A stretch of DNA of 64,000 nt from Lama glama (GCA_028534125.1 CM052817.1:27158001-27222000); one strand, 5' to 3'; positions 1-11,450 are shown, counted from the first letter of the stretch. Notes: generated from the letters alone by a model not told the origin. Program-made: numbers and translations.

Positions 1-129
1 GAAAAGAATTGATTCCTACTATACATCCAACTACATTACAGTATTATATGTGTAAAGATATGTAGAGATATAAAGAAGCAGCTATCTCAATGTTTTTCAT
101 CATTATTAAATGTCTTTTTAAAATAAATA

Positions 130-700
130 TAATAATTTGTCCTGAACTCATCACACTTTCTGAATCTAATGATTCATATAGTTCATTAATTCTAAAAAAT
201 TCTAACCATCATCTTTTGAAATATTCCCTCTCCTCATTTTCTCCATCTCTCCTTCTGTAATTTCTAGAAATTGTTTTATGGGATATTCACATTCTCTTAA
301 CCCCTCTTTAATACTTTTTCCTATTTTCCTATGCTTCAATCCATATAATTTCCAAAGATCTATTTTCCAGTTCACAAGTTTTCTTTTCACTTGTGTCCTA
401 CCTCTATTTTAACCTCTACTTTGAGTCTTAAATTTATGACTACATTTTTCTAGTTGTTTTTTTATGCTCTCTCATAACTGTCTTTTTTATTGTACCTTGT
501 TATTATATTCTGTTTCGATTCATTATTCTATGTCTTTATTCATTTAAATTTTATTTTATAACCTTTATCTGATAGCTCTACTAAATGAATTTCTGGGGAA
601 CCTAATTTAGTTCTTTATTGTGTCTCTTAAATTTTGTTTAGGTGGTGTGGTTTTTGCATGCTTTTGTACTTTTGAATTGTAAGCTAATCTTCAGCAGAGT
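130..700 (-). mobile_element. Ancient L1 (L1M-type) ORF1-region fragment
   Basis: Minus-strand ORF 202..390 resembles degenerate L1 ORF1p (cf. ...SLRDLWD.IKR.NI.IIGVPEGEEREKG..IF..I); T-rich + strand. Confidence 0.55.
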
Positions 701-1014
701 TTGTATTTGGGGGTCCTGAGAGTCTTGGATGGAGGGCATGTCTTCCCAACAGATTTTGCATTGGCTTCTTCTAGGTACCCAAGAGGTCCTAGACCAAATT
801 CTAAATTAATTTCTAAACTTGAGAGGCCATAGATCATGTGTGTGTTGTCCATAAAGTGGATTAGGCTTTAGTTTACACATTATCAAGAGAGGTTCCGCTG
901 CCTCCCACCCAGATATGAGGTCAAGAAAGAGAAGCTTCCTTATTGTCTCCTGTGGTGGAATAATCTGGTCTATTCTTTCTCTGTGGGAGTATTGCACATA
1001 TGCATGCATGCACA

Positions 1015-1039
1015 TGTGTGTGTGTGTGTGTGTGTGTGT
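1015..1039. repeat. (TG)n microsatellite
   Basis: Direct observation. Confidence 0.95.
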
Positions 1040-1773
1040 TGCTGCTCAGTTTCAGTTCTTCACAGGGAACAGGCCCAGGGTGTTCACTTCTAGGACTAAA
1101 ACCCTAGCCCTAGGTTTCTGAGTCCAGCAGCCACTGTTCACTGGGTCTCTCTGCAGGGCAGTCAATGATCAATTTACGAGCTCACTGCTCTAGTTTTATG
1201 TTCTTTCTCCATTTTGCCCCCTGGGGAATTTCTTTTGAGCTCAGCTATTCATGTAAAAAATATTTTTTTATATTTTGTGTGGCATTTCTAGGAGTTTTGT
1301 ATCAGGAAAGTTATTTAGTCTGTCACAGTCTGGGAAATTAAAATTATTATTCACATATTTTTAAATGGCTTTAAAAATAAAAGCAGTGATGGATTCAGAC
1401 TATTTTTCAAAACCCTTCCTAAAGATTCTCATAGCTACTTTGTTACATTGAGAATCACTACCTTATAGGAACACAGAAGAAGAGGTGACTAGTTTTGACG
1501 TGGCTGCTAAGGATGTCATCAAAAAGGTGACATTAAGTCAGATCTTGGAGGGTGAGAAGTTTATTTACCACCAACTGCCAGTCTTCAAAGTATCATGCAC
1601 AATGAAATTTAGTCTTTGTCCAATTGATTTATAATTTTTTATATATTAATAGGTTTTTTTTTTAATATGTAATATCATCAAAGCTATTATTAACCCCTGA
1701 TTTCCAAGTGCAAGGCAAGGAAGCAAGAGATTCAAGAAAACTGAGACTCAGAGACGTTAAATAACATTTTCAC

Positions 1774-2212
1774 TTGTGTAACATGTGGCTCCAAGAAATA
1801 TGCCCTCCAGGGAGCTGCACTGACCACGGGTCCTAGTTGCTGTGCTCTGAAGTCCATTGCTATGTTTGCATTGAACAGCGTTTCCCACTGGGCTGCTCCC
1901 AACCAGTTACTAAATATGGCAGGAATACGGCAGAGACACAAAGGCAGGCTTGTTCTGGGAGACCCAGGACTCTTGTGGCACCTGACTTTGGTTCACGGAC
2001 CTTCTCATGGCCTCACTGCAATTTCCTTGGGCTGAAAGGCAGCCTATGACAATGCTTCTACTTGACCTTCCTTCTCTCTCTTCACTCAGGTCAGACTTGC
2101 ATTGTGCTCTGACTGCTTTCCTAGCATTTTCTCTCACAGTCATCTCCCTAATAAAACTTGCACCTTTAATTCCATCTTAGTGTCTGCTTCTCAGAAGACC
2201 CAGACCATCACA
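1774..2212 (+). mobile_element. ERVL solo LTR, LTR16-like, apparently inserted into a MIR
   Basis: Motifs gctgtgctctgaagtcca...gggctgctcccaacca and the 3' end aataaaacttgcacc...ccatcttagtgtctgcttctcagaagacccagaccatcaca resemble LTR16. MIR-like sequence lies on both sides (~1690-1770 and ~2213-2240). Confidence 0.7.
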
Positions 2213-2244
2213 CTAAGTTTGACCTCAAAACCCATGCTTTTACA

Positions 2245-2478
2245 AAAAAAACAACTAAAAATGGATTAAGGATCTAAACGTAAGAATGACAATTATAAAA
2301 CTATTAGAAGAAAACACAGGCATAAATTTTCACAACACTGGATTAGGCAATGCTTTCTTAGATATGGCACCGAAAAAACAAACAAAAAGAAAAAAAGATA
2401 CTTAGAGTTCATTAAAATGAAAAACATTTGTGCTTCAAAGGACAGCCTCAAGAAAGTGAGATGTTAACCCACAGAATG
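2245..2478 (+). mobile_element. Old L1 ORF2 3'-region fragment
   Basis: aaatggattaaggatctaaacgtaag...ataaaactattagaagaaaacacagg is L1 ORF2 (KWIKDLNV...IKLLEEN). Confidence 0.85.
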
Positions 2479-2735
2479 CTTCCATGTTTTGGCTGTTGTA
2501 AATAGTGCTGCTATGAATATTGGGGTGCATGTATCTTTGTGACTAGAGTTTTCTCTGGATATATGCCCAGGAGTGGGATTGCTAGATCATATGGTAAATC
2601 TATTTTTACTTTTTAAAGGAATCTCCATACTGTTTTTTATAGTGGCTGCATTAAATAACACTCCCACCAACAGTGTAGGAGGATCCCCCTTTTTCCATAC
2701 CATCTCTAGCATTTATCATTTGTGCAGATTTTTCT
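2479..2735 (-). mobile_element. L1 ORF2 C-terminal fragment, similar to the L1 at 18480-18720
   Basis: agtgctgctatgaatattggggtgcatgtatcttt...agagttttctctggatatatgcccaggagtgggatt closely matches the corresponding part of the large L1 in this window. Confidence 0.85.
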
Positions 2736-3137
2736 TCATTATATTTTACAAAATTTTTCCAGTGGACACATATTACTTTCATATTTGAAAACTAGATTAT
2801 ACAGAAGTGAAAATGTCATTTCAGTAACAAAATTATTAGCTCCTAGAGAGAAAAATCTGTGTGTCCCTTTGTGGATTCTTCTGATGCTAATACAATCTCT
2901 TAAACATAGTGGGTGCTTAACAGTGACTCGTAAATATCATTGACAATGGCACTAGGTTTAAACTATTATAGTTGTAAATCTTTAGGTCTTTGGCAACTTG
3001 GTAGTAGAATTCAGGAAAAGCAGATGTTCCTTTGTTATTATAGAACTTAAAAGTATTTTCACTGAAAGAAAAAAATGTTTTAGTCTGAATGCAAACTTTG
3101 ATTGCAGATACTTCAGAGACATGGTGGATTTAATCTT

Positions 3138-3266
3138 TTTAAAAATTTTGATTTTGGGGGTAATTAGATTTACTTATTTATTTTTTGAATGGAGGTACTG
3201 GAGATTGAACCCAGGACCTCGTGCACACAAAGCACACACTCTACCACAGAGTTATACCCTTCCCCC
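3138..3266 (-). mobile_element. tRNA-derived camelid SINE (Vic-1-like) with 15-bp target-site duplication
   Basis: The reverse complement reads GGGGGAAGGGTATAACTCTGTGGTAGAG...GAGGTCCTGGGTTCAATCTCCAGTACCTCC (A/B boxes) plus an A-rich tail. TSD is ggtggatttaatctt (3123-3137) / ggtggactgaatctt (3267-3281). Confidence 0.85.
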
Positions 3267-3729
3267 GGTGGACTGAATCTTAGTGCTTGTTTTCAAACAG
3301 CTTCAGATATGTCGTTGGGTCAGCGGGCTTCCCCTCCTCCTGGTTACTCCACGCAGTGGGATCTGCCCAACGTGGCATCTCTTGTCAGTGTTCCGAAGTT
3401 ACTTTAGGAATTATTTTACTTTACCATGTTTCTTCATGGAGACAAGGTCATCTTCGGACTATATTTGACTAGCCCTCTTCCTTTGCTTGCCTTCTTTATA
3501 ACTTCCTTTTCCTTCCCTCCTTTCTGGAAGGCAGGATGGAAAGGTCAGTCAGCTGGCTGTACTGAGCACTAATTGTACACTAGGACCAGCTTTGATCCTT
3601 TCACATTCAGAACTTCTGTTTGCTCCTCAAAATGATTTGCTGAAATGCTGCCATTTCAACCTCATTTGAGATGAAGAAACTGAGGCACACATTGTCAGTG
3701 GCAGATTCTGGACCAGGGCTGCTAAGGCA

Positions 3730-3960
3730 GCCTGGTGTGTGGTTAAGAGGAGATCTGGCGTCACGCTGTCTGGGCTTGATTCAGGACTCACTGCTCACCA
3801 GCTGTGTGACACCCCTCTCCGTCCTCTGTTTTTTTTTCCGCAGAGAAGGTAACAGTCTATCTCACAGGACTGGACTAGGGAATGAGTTAGTCAATTATTT
3901 GTAATGCACTTAAAACAATGCCTGGCACAATTCAAGCACCATATAAGTGTTTCAAAAGTA
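3730..3960 (+). mobile_element. MIR SINE
   Basis: MIR-like motifs: gtggttaagag...ctcaccagctgtgtgac...gcacttaaaacaatgcctggcaca. Confidence 0.7.
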
Positions 3961-4384
3961 AATAAACTGAAGCCTGTCTGACTCCAAAGCCAGTAATAGT
4001 GGAATTTCAGGCCTGCTTTATTCCATCCCCTTATTATAGCAGCAGAACTGGACAAACGCTAAGCTTGGACTCTGAACAGGGAAGAGAGACTTAGCTACTG
4101 AGGCATCCACGGACTTCTTACCCTGTCCTCTGTGGTCTGGCCCCCCAACCCCCAGTCTGGTCTGTCTCTCCCACTCTATCATTCCTGATTCTTTCCTCAG
4201 CACACTCCAGTCAGGCTGGCCTTCTGTGGGTTCCATGACCCCCCATCCCAAGCTTATTCCTACCTCACGGCTTTTGCACCCATCTGGAAATATTTCTCCA
4301 GATTGTTGCACGGTTAACATCTTTCTCATTCATGTCACCACATCACGTCATCTTATCAGAATAAACCTTCCTTGATCATCAGTT

Positions 4385-4770
4385 GGGCTCTCATGCAAGA
4401 CAGAAGGCATGCTCAAATGGGGTGGCTGATAAGATTTTATTAAGAGATCATTAGCAAGAAGTCGCTAGGCCAGAAACCAGACTTGGCTGGGGAAGCTTTT
4501 ATCACCACTGGGCCTAGGGAAGTGGGACGGGACAAGAGGAGACCAGGAACCTTCAGAGAACCCAAGGAGAGGCCCCAGACAGAGTTGCAGGCTTCAGCGG
4601 GGTGGTGTGGCCAATCCTCTAGCCTTTTGCAGCAAGAGGCAGCATAAGTATCCCCACTTCCCTCTCCTCCAGCCTGCTGACCTCCTGTGTCCCTCCCATC
4701 AATGGAACCTGGACTCACAGGTCAGCCTCCGAGATGAAGGGTGAGAGGCAATGGGAAGTTATTCAATACA
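4385..4770 (-). mobile_element. Probable ancient ERVL-type LTR fragment
   Basis: Pattern cctctcctccagcctgctgacctcc...cccatc...gaacc resembles LTR33/LTR41-class elements; family uncertain. Confidence 0.35.
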
Positions 4771-5423
4771 CTCTTCCCACGTCACAGTTTATTTTCTCCT
4801 TTTTTATCTTAACATAAACCACTCACCACAATTACCTTCTTTTGTTTTACTCCATTCCCTCTAGAATGTAATTAATTTCGAGGGCTAGGACTTTCAGTTC
4901 TTCCCTCCTTCCTCTTCCTCTCTCTTTTCTTTTCTTTTCTCCTCTCTTCCTCCCTTCCTTCCTTCTTCCCCGCCCTCTCCATCTCTGGGCCCCCAGCGCC
5001 TACCTCAGTACCTGACGCACAGTAGCTGCACAATGAGGATGAGTTAAATCAATCAACAAACTGGGACACAGGTAGCTCGCCTGGAGAGAAAAAGGTTCAT
5101 AAGGGTCGTTAATCTTTTTTATTACAGAAAGATCAGGTGACTGACTGAACATCCCTGGCGCCGGGTCAGAGGGCTGCCCCTCCTGCCCCTACTTCCGCGG
5201 CCGGGAGGGAGGGCGGCAGGTGCGGGCGGCCACTGCCCGGCTGCGGCAGCGCAGGCTCCCCCGGGGACGCGTGCACACGACTCAGCGCGCGTCTCCCGAG
5301 TGCGGCCGCACCCGCTCGCCCCTCCGCAGCCGGCCGGGAGCGGGGACGTGAGGGGCGGCTGGCTTCGTCCCTCTCGCGGCGGCGTCCTGGGCAGGGAGGG
5401 AGACACCCAGCGCTCACTCTCTG

Positions 5424-5433
5424 TTATTTTTAG
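5424..5433. promoter_or_regulatory. Candidate MEF2 site (TTATTTTTAG) in the promoter
   Basis: Perfect match to YTA(W)4TAR, an isolated AT-rich patch inside the CpG island next to Sp/KLF GC boxes. Confidence 0.55.
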
Positions 5434-5674
5434 ACACCCCCGCCCGGGGTGGGGGCGGAGCAGGCAGAGAAGGTGGGGGGAGAGGGCGCTCCCGGCGCCT
5501 CGGCGCTCGCTCCCGCGGGGACTCTCGGCGCGGCCGAGCCGGGCGGCCCTGGGAACAGCTGCGGCGGTGTCCTCGGCGGCAGCGCGGCTCTCCTCCGGGA
5601 CCTGTGCCGCGCGGGGGAGGGGCGGCAGGGGAGGGGAGAGCGGGCGGGCGGGAAGGGGCGGAGAGCGCGCTCCT

Positions 5675-5706
<32 letters not shown>
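5675..5706 (+). repeat. (GCG)10 / (CGG)10 trinucleotide repeat 50 nt upstream of the LIMCH1 ATG
   Basis: Uninterrupted gcggcggcg... run seen directly. Confidence 0.97.
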
Positions 5707-5755
5707 CGTCCTCATCCCGGCGGCCCAGCGCTCGAGTGGACGCGGGGCTTCGCAA

Positions 5756-5851
5756 ATGGCTTGTCCCGCTGTCGGTCTGGAAGCTCTGCAGCCCCTGCAG
5801 CCCGAGCCGCCCCCCGAGCCTGCCTTCTCCGAGGCGCAGAAGTGGATCGAG
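5756..5851 (+). CDS. LIMCH1: LIMCH1 (LIM and calponin homology domains 1) first coding exon, 32 codons; start of the CH domain
   Basis: ATG at 5756 translates to [32 protein letters not shown], nearly identical to the mammalian LIMCH1 N-terminus as I recall it (human [36 protein letters not shown]...). It ends at a canonical donor GAG|GTAAGG (GT at 5852), is 96 nt long (phase 0) and lies in a CpG island. Confidence 0.95.
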
Positions 5852-7549
5852 GTAAGGTGCCCGCGGCTGGCGGACGGCCTTGCAGGGGCGTCCAGAGCCA
5901 CGGAGCCCCCCCGCACACGGACGACAGGTCCAGCCTCGCCTCCCCCACTTTCTTTTGCCAGCTGCTCCGGGTCCACCGCCAGGGCCTCGAGCAAGCTGCG
6001 ACCCCCCGACACTTTGGCGCTGGCGTCTCGGGCGAGGGTGGGCGCGAAGTATGGGGGTGGGGGGAACACTGCGGTTTAGCTGTGCGTGTGGCGGGCAGGA
6101 AGCGGTCCCCTTGCGCCTCCATCCCTCCTGCCTGCCAGCCGCGCAAATCTCAGCTCCTGCTGCTTCCAGGCGCTGCCAAGGGAAGCGCAGTGCGAGCAGA
6201 AGTGCCGCAGAGGCGCAGGAGGAGCGAGACCCCAGAGTCCTTGCCGACGCCGCATTCCGGGGGTCCTGCTCCCGGTCCTACCTTCCGCCTCTTGGCCCCT
6301 ACCTCCCGCCGTTCGGGAGCCAAGTTGTCCGCGTCTCCGCGGAAGCGCATACCTACTGGAGCCTCTGGCTGTATTTCTGGCACCGGGTCAGGTGTGAGGC
6401 TGCACAGCGCAGAGGGCCGGGGAGCCTGTAAGACCCACCTGTGAGCGCGCCATCCGCATAGATGTTGCCCAGCCATTGGCAGCCCCCACTCCTTCCCAGA
6501 GGCGGCGGGTCGGGCTCCCTGGTGCCGGGTACTCGGCCCTGTTGGCGTGTTTCGCTTCTTAAATGACTCAGTGGCAGGTCAGGGAAATCACTGGAGCTCT
6601 CGGCTCAGTCCAGGAAGCGCTCGCTGATAGATCCTGATTCTCGATGTCTATCTGTACATGCAGCTTGGTGGCCATGCGCTCCCGAAATGACGTGGCTGCG
6701 GGGTCAGGACGCTTGGAGGGCGCCAGGGGGGAAAGGTGACTCCCCTGTGATCTGTGCAATGAGCCTCTGTTTCGGCGGGCGGCCTTTCCTGAGGCTTGGT
6801 GGAAGGCTAATTTGACCCTCTTTTCCTCAGGGGCAGGCAGCTCTCCCTCCCTGCTGGTTTGAAGAAAGAAATGTACCGCTAAGTCATGATCCAGCAATGG
6901 TGAAGCCTGTTAGTACTCACGCTATCACTTAGAGACATCCCCCGTGACACCACACATCTGAATGCTGCTGGGGTAACAGAGCTGCGATAGTACAGATTTA
7001 AATCTGCTGAACTGCCTGCGGGAACCAGTCTCATTTAATACTGCTCCAATGCTCCAGCCAGAGGCCTGCACCTTACAGGGTTAACCTGCTTCATGCAAGC
7101 AGGAGTATTAGGCAGAGTTTAGAAACCTCTATTTAAAAACAGAGTTAAAGAAACAGAAGAATAAACCCGAGGCTCTATTGCTAAAAGCCCCAGTCACGTT
7201 TCTCATAATTTGATGGCTCATAACCAGATGAGAAAGAGACCTTGGCTTTTTATTTTTGATATGTGTGGCTGGCACAGCTTGGGCTGTGACAGGTGCTTTC
7301 CCTGGGCTGCATACTTGGGCTCACAGGACACACAGGAGACATTTGTAGTTACTGGCTTGATTGAGAGTTGGGGAACTGCGTTTTTCATGTTCTTAGAACT
7401 TTAAAATTCTCAGGAGAGATTTTGGATGTGGATGGTGGTGAGGGGAGGGTACAAGAGCAGAGCACTCTTACACTTCTCAAAGGCAAATTCTCAAAGGCAA
7501 GTGGTTTATTCCCAGTGTCCTTAATTGTAAGTAACACTGAAGTACTCTA

Positions 7550-7690
7550 ATTCAAAAAAATGTATTGTGGTGTAAGTTACAGACAGGAAAGCGCACAAAT
7601 CTTAAGTGCACACCTCCATGAATTTTGACAATTGTATATGGTACTTCAGCCCCCACCTAGATCAAGATCTAAAACGTCTTCTTCAGCCCA
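7550..7690 (-). mobile_element. Old L1 3'-UTR end fragment
   Basis: gcacaaatcttaagtgcaca...catgaattttgacaa...agatcaagatctaaaac matches L1MB/ME-type 3' ends. Confidence 0.7.
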
Positions 7691-8899
7691 GGTCACAGTC
7701 TTCTTTTAAGAGGTGGTCTGTTTCAGGCTAAATATTATACACTGCAGAATATCACCTTTTGTCCTGGTTCCACGGATTTTAAAAAGAGAAGGGCTTCCTT
7801 AAGAAAGCAGAGCTGTGTTGAGCCCTATAGATAGTTGGGCATTATTCTTGATGCTTTACCAGGCCTACCAGTTTGAGAATGTGGAAACGTAAGGGGCAGT
7901 GCGTGGCTTTAGGACGAAGCAGCCCTGGCGCTTGGCGTGTGCATTATTGAAGCGGCCTATCTGCTTTCAATCTCCGAGTTGGGTTTCATGGAAAGGCGAG
8001 CTTCCTCTCCCAGGCTGTATAAAAAGGTGTTTGCTCCAGGGAGAGATACAGACCGCCCCTCTTCCTTCCCGGAGGTTCCTCTTGAAATGTAAATGCTGTG
8101 TCTGCAAACCAGGGGAACCCAGGAGCAGTAACAGATGGTTCTGCACGGAGCTGCCCTGTGAACAAAGATTCCTTGGCTAATATTGCAATAATGTAGTACT
8201 TAGTGCGAACTGCATTCCCAGGGGGACTGTTATCTCGAGACAATTGCATCTCCTTTAGGGGCCCCATTGTCTTCAGCAACATCCTCATTGGTAGGGCTTT
8301 GTTTTTCACTTTTGTTCAGTTGGTGATTAAATTTCCCACAGGCTTTTTTTTTTTTCCTTTTTCTTTTGAGTAGTCAGGAATTTCACCCTTTCAGACAAAT
8401 GTTCCCTTGGGTGCAGCAGGTTAATAAACAAACTTTGCAGCTTGTCTCTCCTTCTCAGTCTCTGGTCTTCCTCGAGTCATGGATTGGCGAGAAAACTGTT
8501 CATTCTTAATAAAGGCTCAGGGAACAAGCTCCAGGAGATAACTCGTTAGTGAGGAATTTCGGCCTGCAGGCTTGGCTATTTGAGGCCTGCGTTACTGGGC
8601 AGGAAACCGTGGCCTGGGAACCGTGCCCCCACCTCACCCCGCCCCCCAGCTTCTGCCTCAGCTGGCAAAGGTGAAAGCCTGATGGAGGTCACAGACTGGG
8701 TGGAAACAGTTTCCTCACACTTCCAGTGACTTTTTATAGCTGTAGGAGCAGGCTATGTGTCTTAATGTGACTTTGGGGAGACTCCTGAAGGAAACAGTGA
8801 ACTTCAAGTATTAACTCTGGCTACCAGCAGGCAGGGGCTTAGCTTCCTTCCACGTTCCTTGTCTGGAAGGCCTTCCTAAGCAAAGAGGCATAAGTACAC

Positions 8900-9330
8900 C
8901 ACAGTAGTTGAGAGGCCAGACTTTGGAACTGGGCAGCCTGGCTTGGAATCCCAGGTCCACTGCCTTCTAGCTGGGTGACTTTGGACAGGCCACGTTACCA
9001 CTCCTTTTGGTTCTGAATAGTTTCTTTGAAAGCTAGCTCTAGTTGTTAACAACAAAGAGATGCTGTTGAAAGCATCGGTAAAACAGGGGTACCAATAATC
9101 GCTTACCTACCTCGAAGGAGTGCCGAGAAAATAAATAATACGTTCAAGATGCTTAGAATAGTAGCACCCAGCATGTAGGAAGTGCTGCCTGAGTAATGGT
9201 CATTATTATTATTACTGTCGCATTACTTCTGTATTCATATCACTACTACCACTACTACTGTCGTTCTACTGCCATCACCACTCTATCGTTACTGATACTA
9301 CTGTTTTCACCCTTGTTGTTAATGACAACT
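8900..9330 (+). mobile_element. MIR SINE with degenerate (TAC/TAT)-type tail
   Basis: ggaatcccaggtccactgccttctagctgggtgactttggacag... followed by attattattactgtc... low-complexity sequence. Confidence 0.7.
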
Positions 9331-11089
9331 ACAGCTGATTTGGAAAGAAAATCTCCAGAACCCCGAGTTTCTTAGTGTAAAAAAATACAATTCAATTGTT
9401 TACTGATCTCATTCTATTGTCTCACCTTATTAGCTTCAGATACCTAGACTAGAAGTTAAGTAGGTGCTCTGTGTTATTCTAACTTGTATTAAAAGAGATT
9501 CAGGGATCAGAGGAAAACCAGTAATACCTACTGATACAGTGATCCCGATAGTCCATTAAGGCTTAGAAAATTACTTCTCGATATCATTTGGATATTTAAG
9601 TTTAATGCATAGTCTTTGTTATCAAACTGTAAGCAGAATGCTCAGCTCCTCTCTTGTGGATAATCCAGCATTAAATCATTATACAAATGGTGGTTGTCTG
9701 AATATTCCTCTCAGAGTAGCAGTGTTTTGTTCATTGGAGTTGTGTCAACTCCCTCTAGGAAAAAGAGTAACTCCCCCATTTATTTTCCTTCCTCCTTCCA
9801 CCCTTCTTTTTTCTTTTTCATTTTTTTCTTTTTCATTTTTTTCCTCCCCGTGATGGTATTTATTGAGTTACAGGACTTTGTTAGCAGGTAGATGATTCTA
9901 ATTTTCTTGGCACCCCCCCACCTCTGCCTCTCCACCCACAACAATATTTATCTGTTCTAATCTGTATTTCTTCTCTGCAATGTTTCTGGAGAAACAGATG
10001 TCGCTTCAACTTGGTTTCAGTTGTGATTTGGAACAAGTTGCCAGGCCTTTAGGGAGGGGTTGGAAATTTCAACCCAAGTCGGCCTTACTTCTATTTGAGA
10101 CATTTCTGGACTCCTTTAACTTTAATCATAGCGTACCTGTGGGGCTTGGTGGTGAATATCATCTCGTTTGTGACCTCATCCATATTTCACATGAATGGGA
10201 GCTAGTGCTGGAAGGGATCAGTTCATCATTTTGGGTCATTTCCCCCTGCTCACATAGAACTGTTTTCTTACTCAACTGAGACCTGATTTTGAAGATTTAA
10301 AGCACCAAGGGTACCTTAGTTCTCCAAGATGGAAAGCTGTTGTATTGTTTGGCAATTGGAAAAATTTATGTGCAGCCTTTGAGAGAATCTAGCATTTAGT
10401 GGCCAGTTACATATGACATTTGGGATGTAATGACGAATGAACATATGCCATAAGTTATGTAGTCATTCCAATTCTCCTTTTCTGTCAGTACTTGATGACT
10501 CATATCTTTTTACTGCAACCAGGATTTAACTTTGCATCTGGTTCTCCAGCTCTGCATGGAGACCAAGGAAGAGGAAGAAAAACTTTTCTGGCTAGATCAA
10601 GAAAGGAGTAGTAGTCTGAATAGATATGTAAATGAGAGGAGGCAGCATCTTTCTCACAATGACATTTAAATAGTCTGGCTTGTTTGTATACAGGGCTGCT
10701 GTGACACAATGCTGTCACATGGTTGGAGAACAGTGAGGTCCCACAGATTTGGGGAAAGGGGAAGTGGAATGGGAGGTGGAGCTGGCTCTTCTCGCCCCAG
10801 CATCTCCCTGGAAACCGAGTTTGCATCAGGCAAGCTCCAAATGGGCAGGCAGACTGAGCTCTGGCCACCAAGAGGGGGTAGGGTAGAGCATATGTCCCCA
10901 GCAACTGGATCTCTGGGCCCCCTGCTCTCTGTTGATGGATGACAATGGAGCCATGATGCAGACATCTGTTCGGCGACTCTGGGTGGCAGTCAGTGCTAGG
11001 TGGGACCAGGCAGCCCCTGGAAATTGGCCTGGCCTTCTTCTTTTGCTCTGGACTGTTCTGACACTTAAAAGTGTCATAGCTAGGGGTAA

Positions 11090-11450
11090 CGTGATAATGA
11101 TAACGATGGTGATGAAGCTGATGCTCGTGATGATAAAAGCTGATATTTTTTGAGTGCTTACTATATGTCAGGCACAGGGTGAAAAAGTCAAGGTAGGCAT
11201 TAATCCCTTGTAAGTAAGTACTGTTATTCTCCCCATTTACAGGTGAGAAAGTATCTTGCCCAAAGTAAGTGGCAAAACCAGGACTTTCATCGAAGGCATC
11301 CTTTCTTAACTTCTACAAATATATCCAGATATCCAAAATTTGTAGCTGAAGACATTGGGGCTTCCAGGAATTGGGAGATTTGCCCAGGGTCACCTAGCCA
11401 GGAGGTACTTGTTAGAGTCAGGGTTCGAACCCAGGCTGTCTGGCTTTGCT
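11090..11450 (-). mobile_element. MIR fragments with (TGA)-like tail
   Basis: ttgagtgcttactatatgtcaggcac, cccatttacaggtgagaaa and gggttcgaacccaggctgtctggct. Confidence 0.7.

Larger units (their letters stand above)
5150..6780. promoter_or_regulatory. CpG island / LIMCH1 promoter and 5' UTR
   Basis: Abrupt, very GC- and CpG-rich block around exon 1, with GC boxes (CCCCGCCC ~5437-5445, GGGGCGGAG ~5452-5460). Flanks are CpG-depleted. Confidence 0.93.

Noticed and set aside
5852..6079. In-frame read-through of exon 1 to the stop at 6079
   Set aside because: A strong donor lies at 5852, and similarity to LIMCH1 ends exactly there.
5122..6476. Many long overlapping ORFs (up to 331 aa) on both strands
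   Set aside because: Stop-codon scarcity in a CpG island; low-complexity A/R/G/P translations, mostly non-ATG starts. Only 5756-5851 matches a known protein.
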